Assembly (NCBI RefSeq): GCF_046119375.1
Contig: NW_027362764.1
Span: 442,308,001-442,372,000, forward strand
Direction: 5' to 3'
Source: Phyllobates terribilis
Lineage: Eukaryota
Length of the DNA: 64,000 bases
Each line of letters opens with the position of its first letter. The first letter of the stretch is position 1. The translations under genes were made by a program, and so were the position numbers. Positions 62,601-64,000 of the stretch are shown in pieces. The notes beneath the pieces are model-generated. The model was not told the DNA's origin, searched no databases, and saw only the letters and a program-made list of their open reading frames with translations.

Positions 62601-64000
62601 ATAAAATAGATTTCTCCTACTTTTACTGTAAGATCATTACAAAAATATAGTTGCCTTAAAACTACCCACAATGCATTGCAATTTTAGCAAAACTAAACTG
62701 GTGACGTACAGACTTAACTTGTCAGATACTATCATTTTTCTATAACATCTAAATTGATGAATGAGTGACAGGTTAGTGTAGATGAGATTGTTGAAGTCAA
62801 AGAATAAAGTGTATAAGGGAAACATGATGATTATTATATCTACCTGTCACAGATAGTCATATCAGATCTTTCAGGCCAGAATATAATTACAATTTGCTGT
62901 CACATTGAATATTCTATTCAGATCCAATGCTTTTATTTTAGGCTCTGTCCATATTTAGATATGGAAGATAATATAATAAAATAAGAACATTATAAGGACA
63001 CTATTTTAGAATAAATTTGCCACACTATATTTTTGCCAATAGTCAAGTCTTCATTTTTAGGTCTATTTGACAAACAGTAAGTGAATATATCAAGTATGGG
63101 TTACAGTAATAATAATACTTGAGGATTTACACATAAGTAAATCATGTTTAAGTCTGATCATATTTCAACCAATGGACAGACTTTAATCATACAAATTATC
63201 ACTAATATCTCTTTTTTATAACATGCTATGTAAATATATATTATAATATACAATATACTATATTTAGGCGTATTCAGTCAAGAAAGAGTACAAATGTTTT
63301 CAATATTATATTTTCCTTCATGCTAAAATCATGAGGCTTGAATATTATGCCATCCTATAGTGTGTCATTTAACAAAAAAAAAGAACAAAAATGGTATGAA
63401 GTTTCTTGTCTTCTGGAAATGTGAAGCAGTTACAGCATTCTTGATATTGATCTAGCCCCTGGGAATATAAATGCATGGATCCTTTGCAAATCATCTAGCT
63501 AGTCTATACTTGCTTTGGATAAATTGTCCTAGGGAAGCATTCATCATTGCGGACAGTGCATTAATACCATAGTGGACAGAATGCCTCTTACTTCCAATTA
63601 TATACACATATAGAAAAAGAGTTATGGACCAAAAGAGTTGCAGTCCTTTTGACAAAACTATATATACAATATGTATTATATAACATTTATAATGCTTTCA
63701 TAAAAATAAGAAATGGAAGATATAAAAGCATTACCTTTCAGATGCTTAGGTGGTTCTGCCTTTTTTACGAAAATTCATTCGAAAGTTATAGTTTGTAAAA
63801 CATTTTCTTACAATAAAAAGATCATTTAAACTTACTTTAAACTTACTTATGTGAGACCTGAATAAAAAGGTCAGCAGCATGGTTGAGGAGATAAACAGAA
63901 AATCTAGTTTTAAAGTTAATGAATCCTACAACATCAAACATATTACTGTACAATTATGGTCAGGAAGAACAAACTTTTTATGCAAAAATTATTCATGTTT

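Overview
Eukaryotic, repeat-saturated vertebrate DNA, most likely an anuran frog (inferred from the TE families and the vertebrate-type 18S fragment). No host protein-coding gene can be supported. The window has: (1) two inverted copies of a large Ac-group hAT transposon (1-8326 minus, cut off by the window edge; 44127-55165 plus, complete with 8-bp TSD CTGAGAAG). Each carries an internal 108-110-bp satellite array (~42 vs ~16 units) just upstream of a BED-finger transposase that reconstructs to ~1233 aa. The complete copy also holds mosaic 3' cargo, including a ~270-bp 18S rRNA fragment. (2) A Ty3/Gypsy 5' LTR plus gag stub with a Tf1/sushi-type self-priming signature. (3) About ten Tc1-superfamily elements of DD34E, DD37E and DD38E type, one DD38E copy with an uninterrupted 350-aa ORF. 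(4) A TSD-flanked L1 that keeps its 5' end but lacks ORF1. (5) Penelope/retrozyme-like relics with hammerhead ribozyme motifs. (6) MITEs, solo LTRs, VNTRs, a palindrome-array foldback element and a 133-N gap. The last ~8 kb is AT-rich, mostly unique sequence with old MITEs. All coordinates and counts were read by eye and may be off by a few bases.
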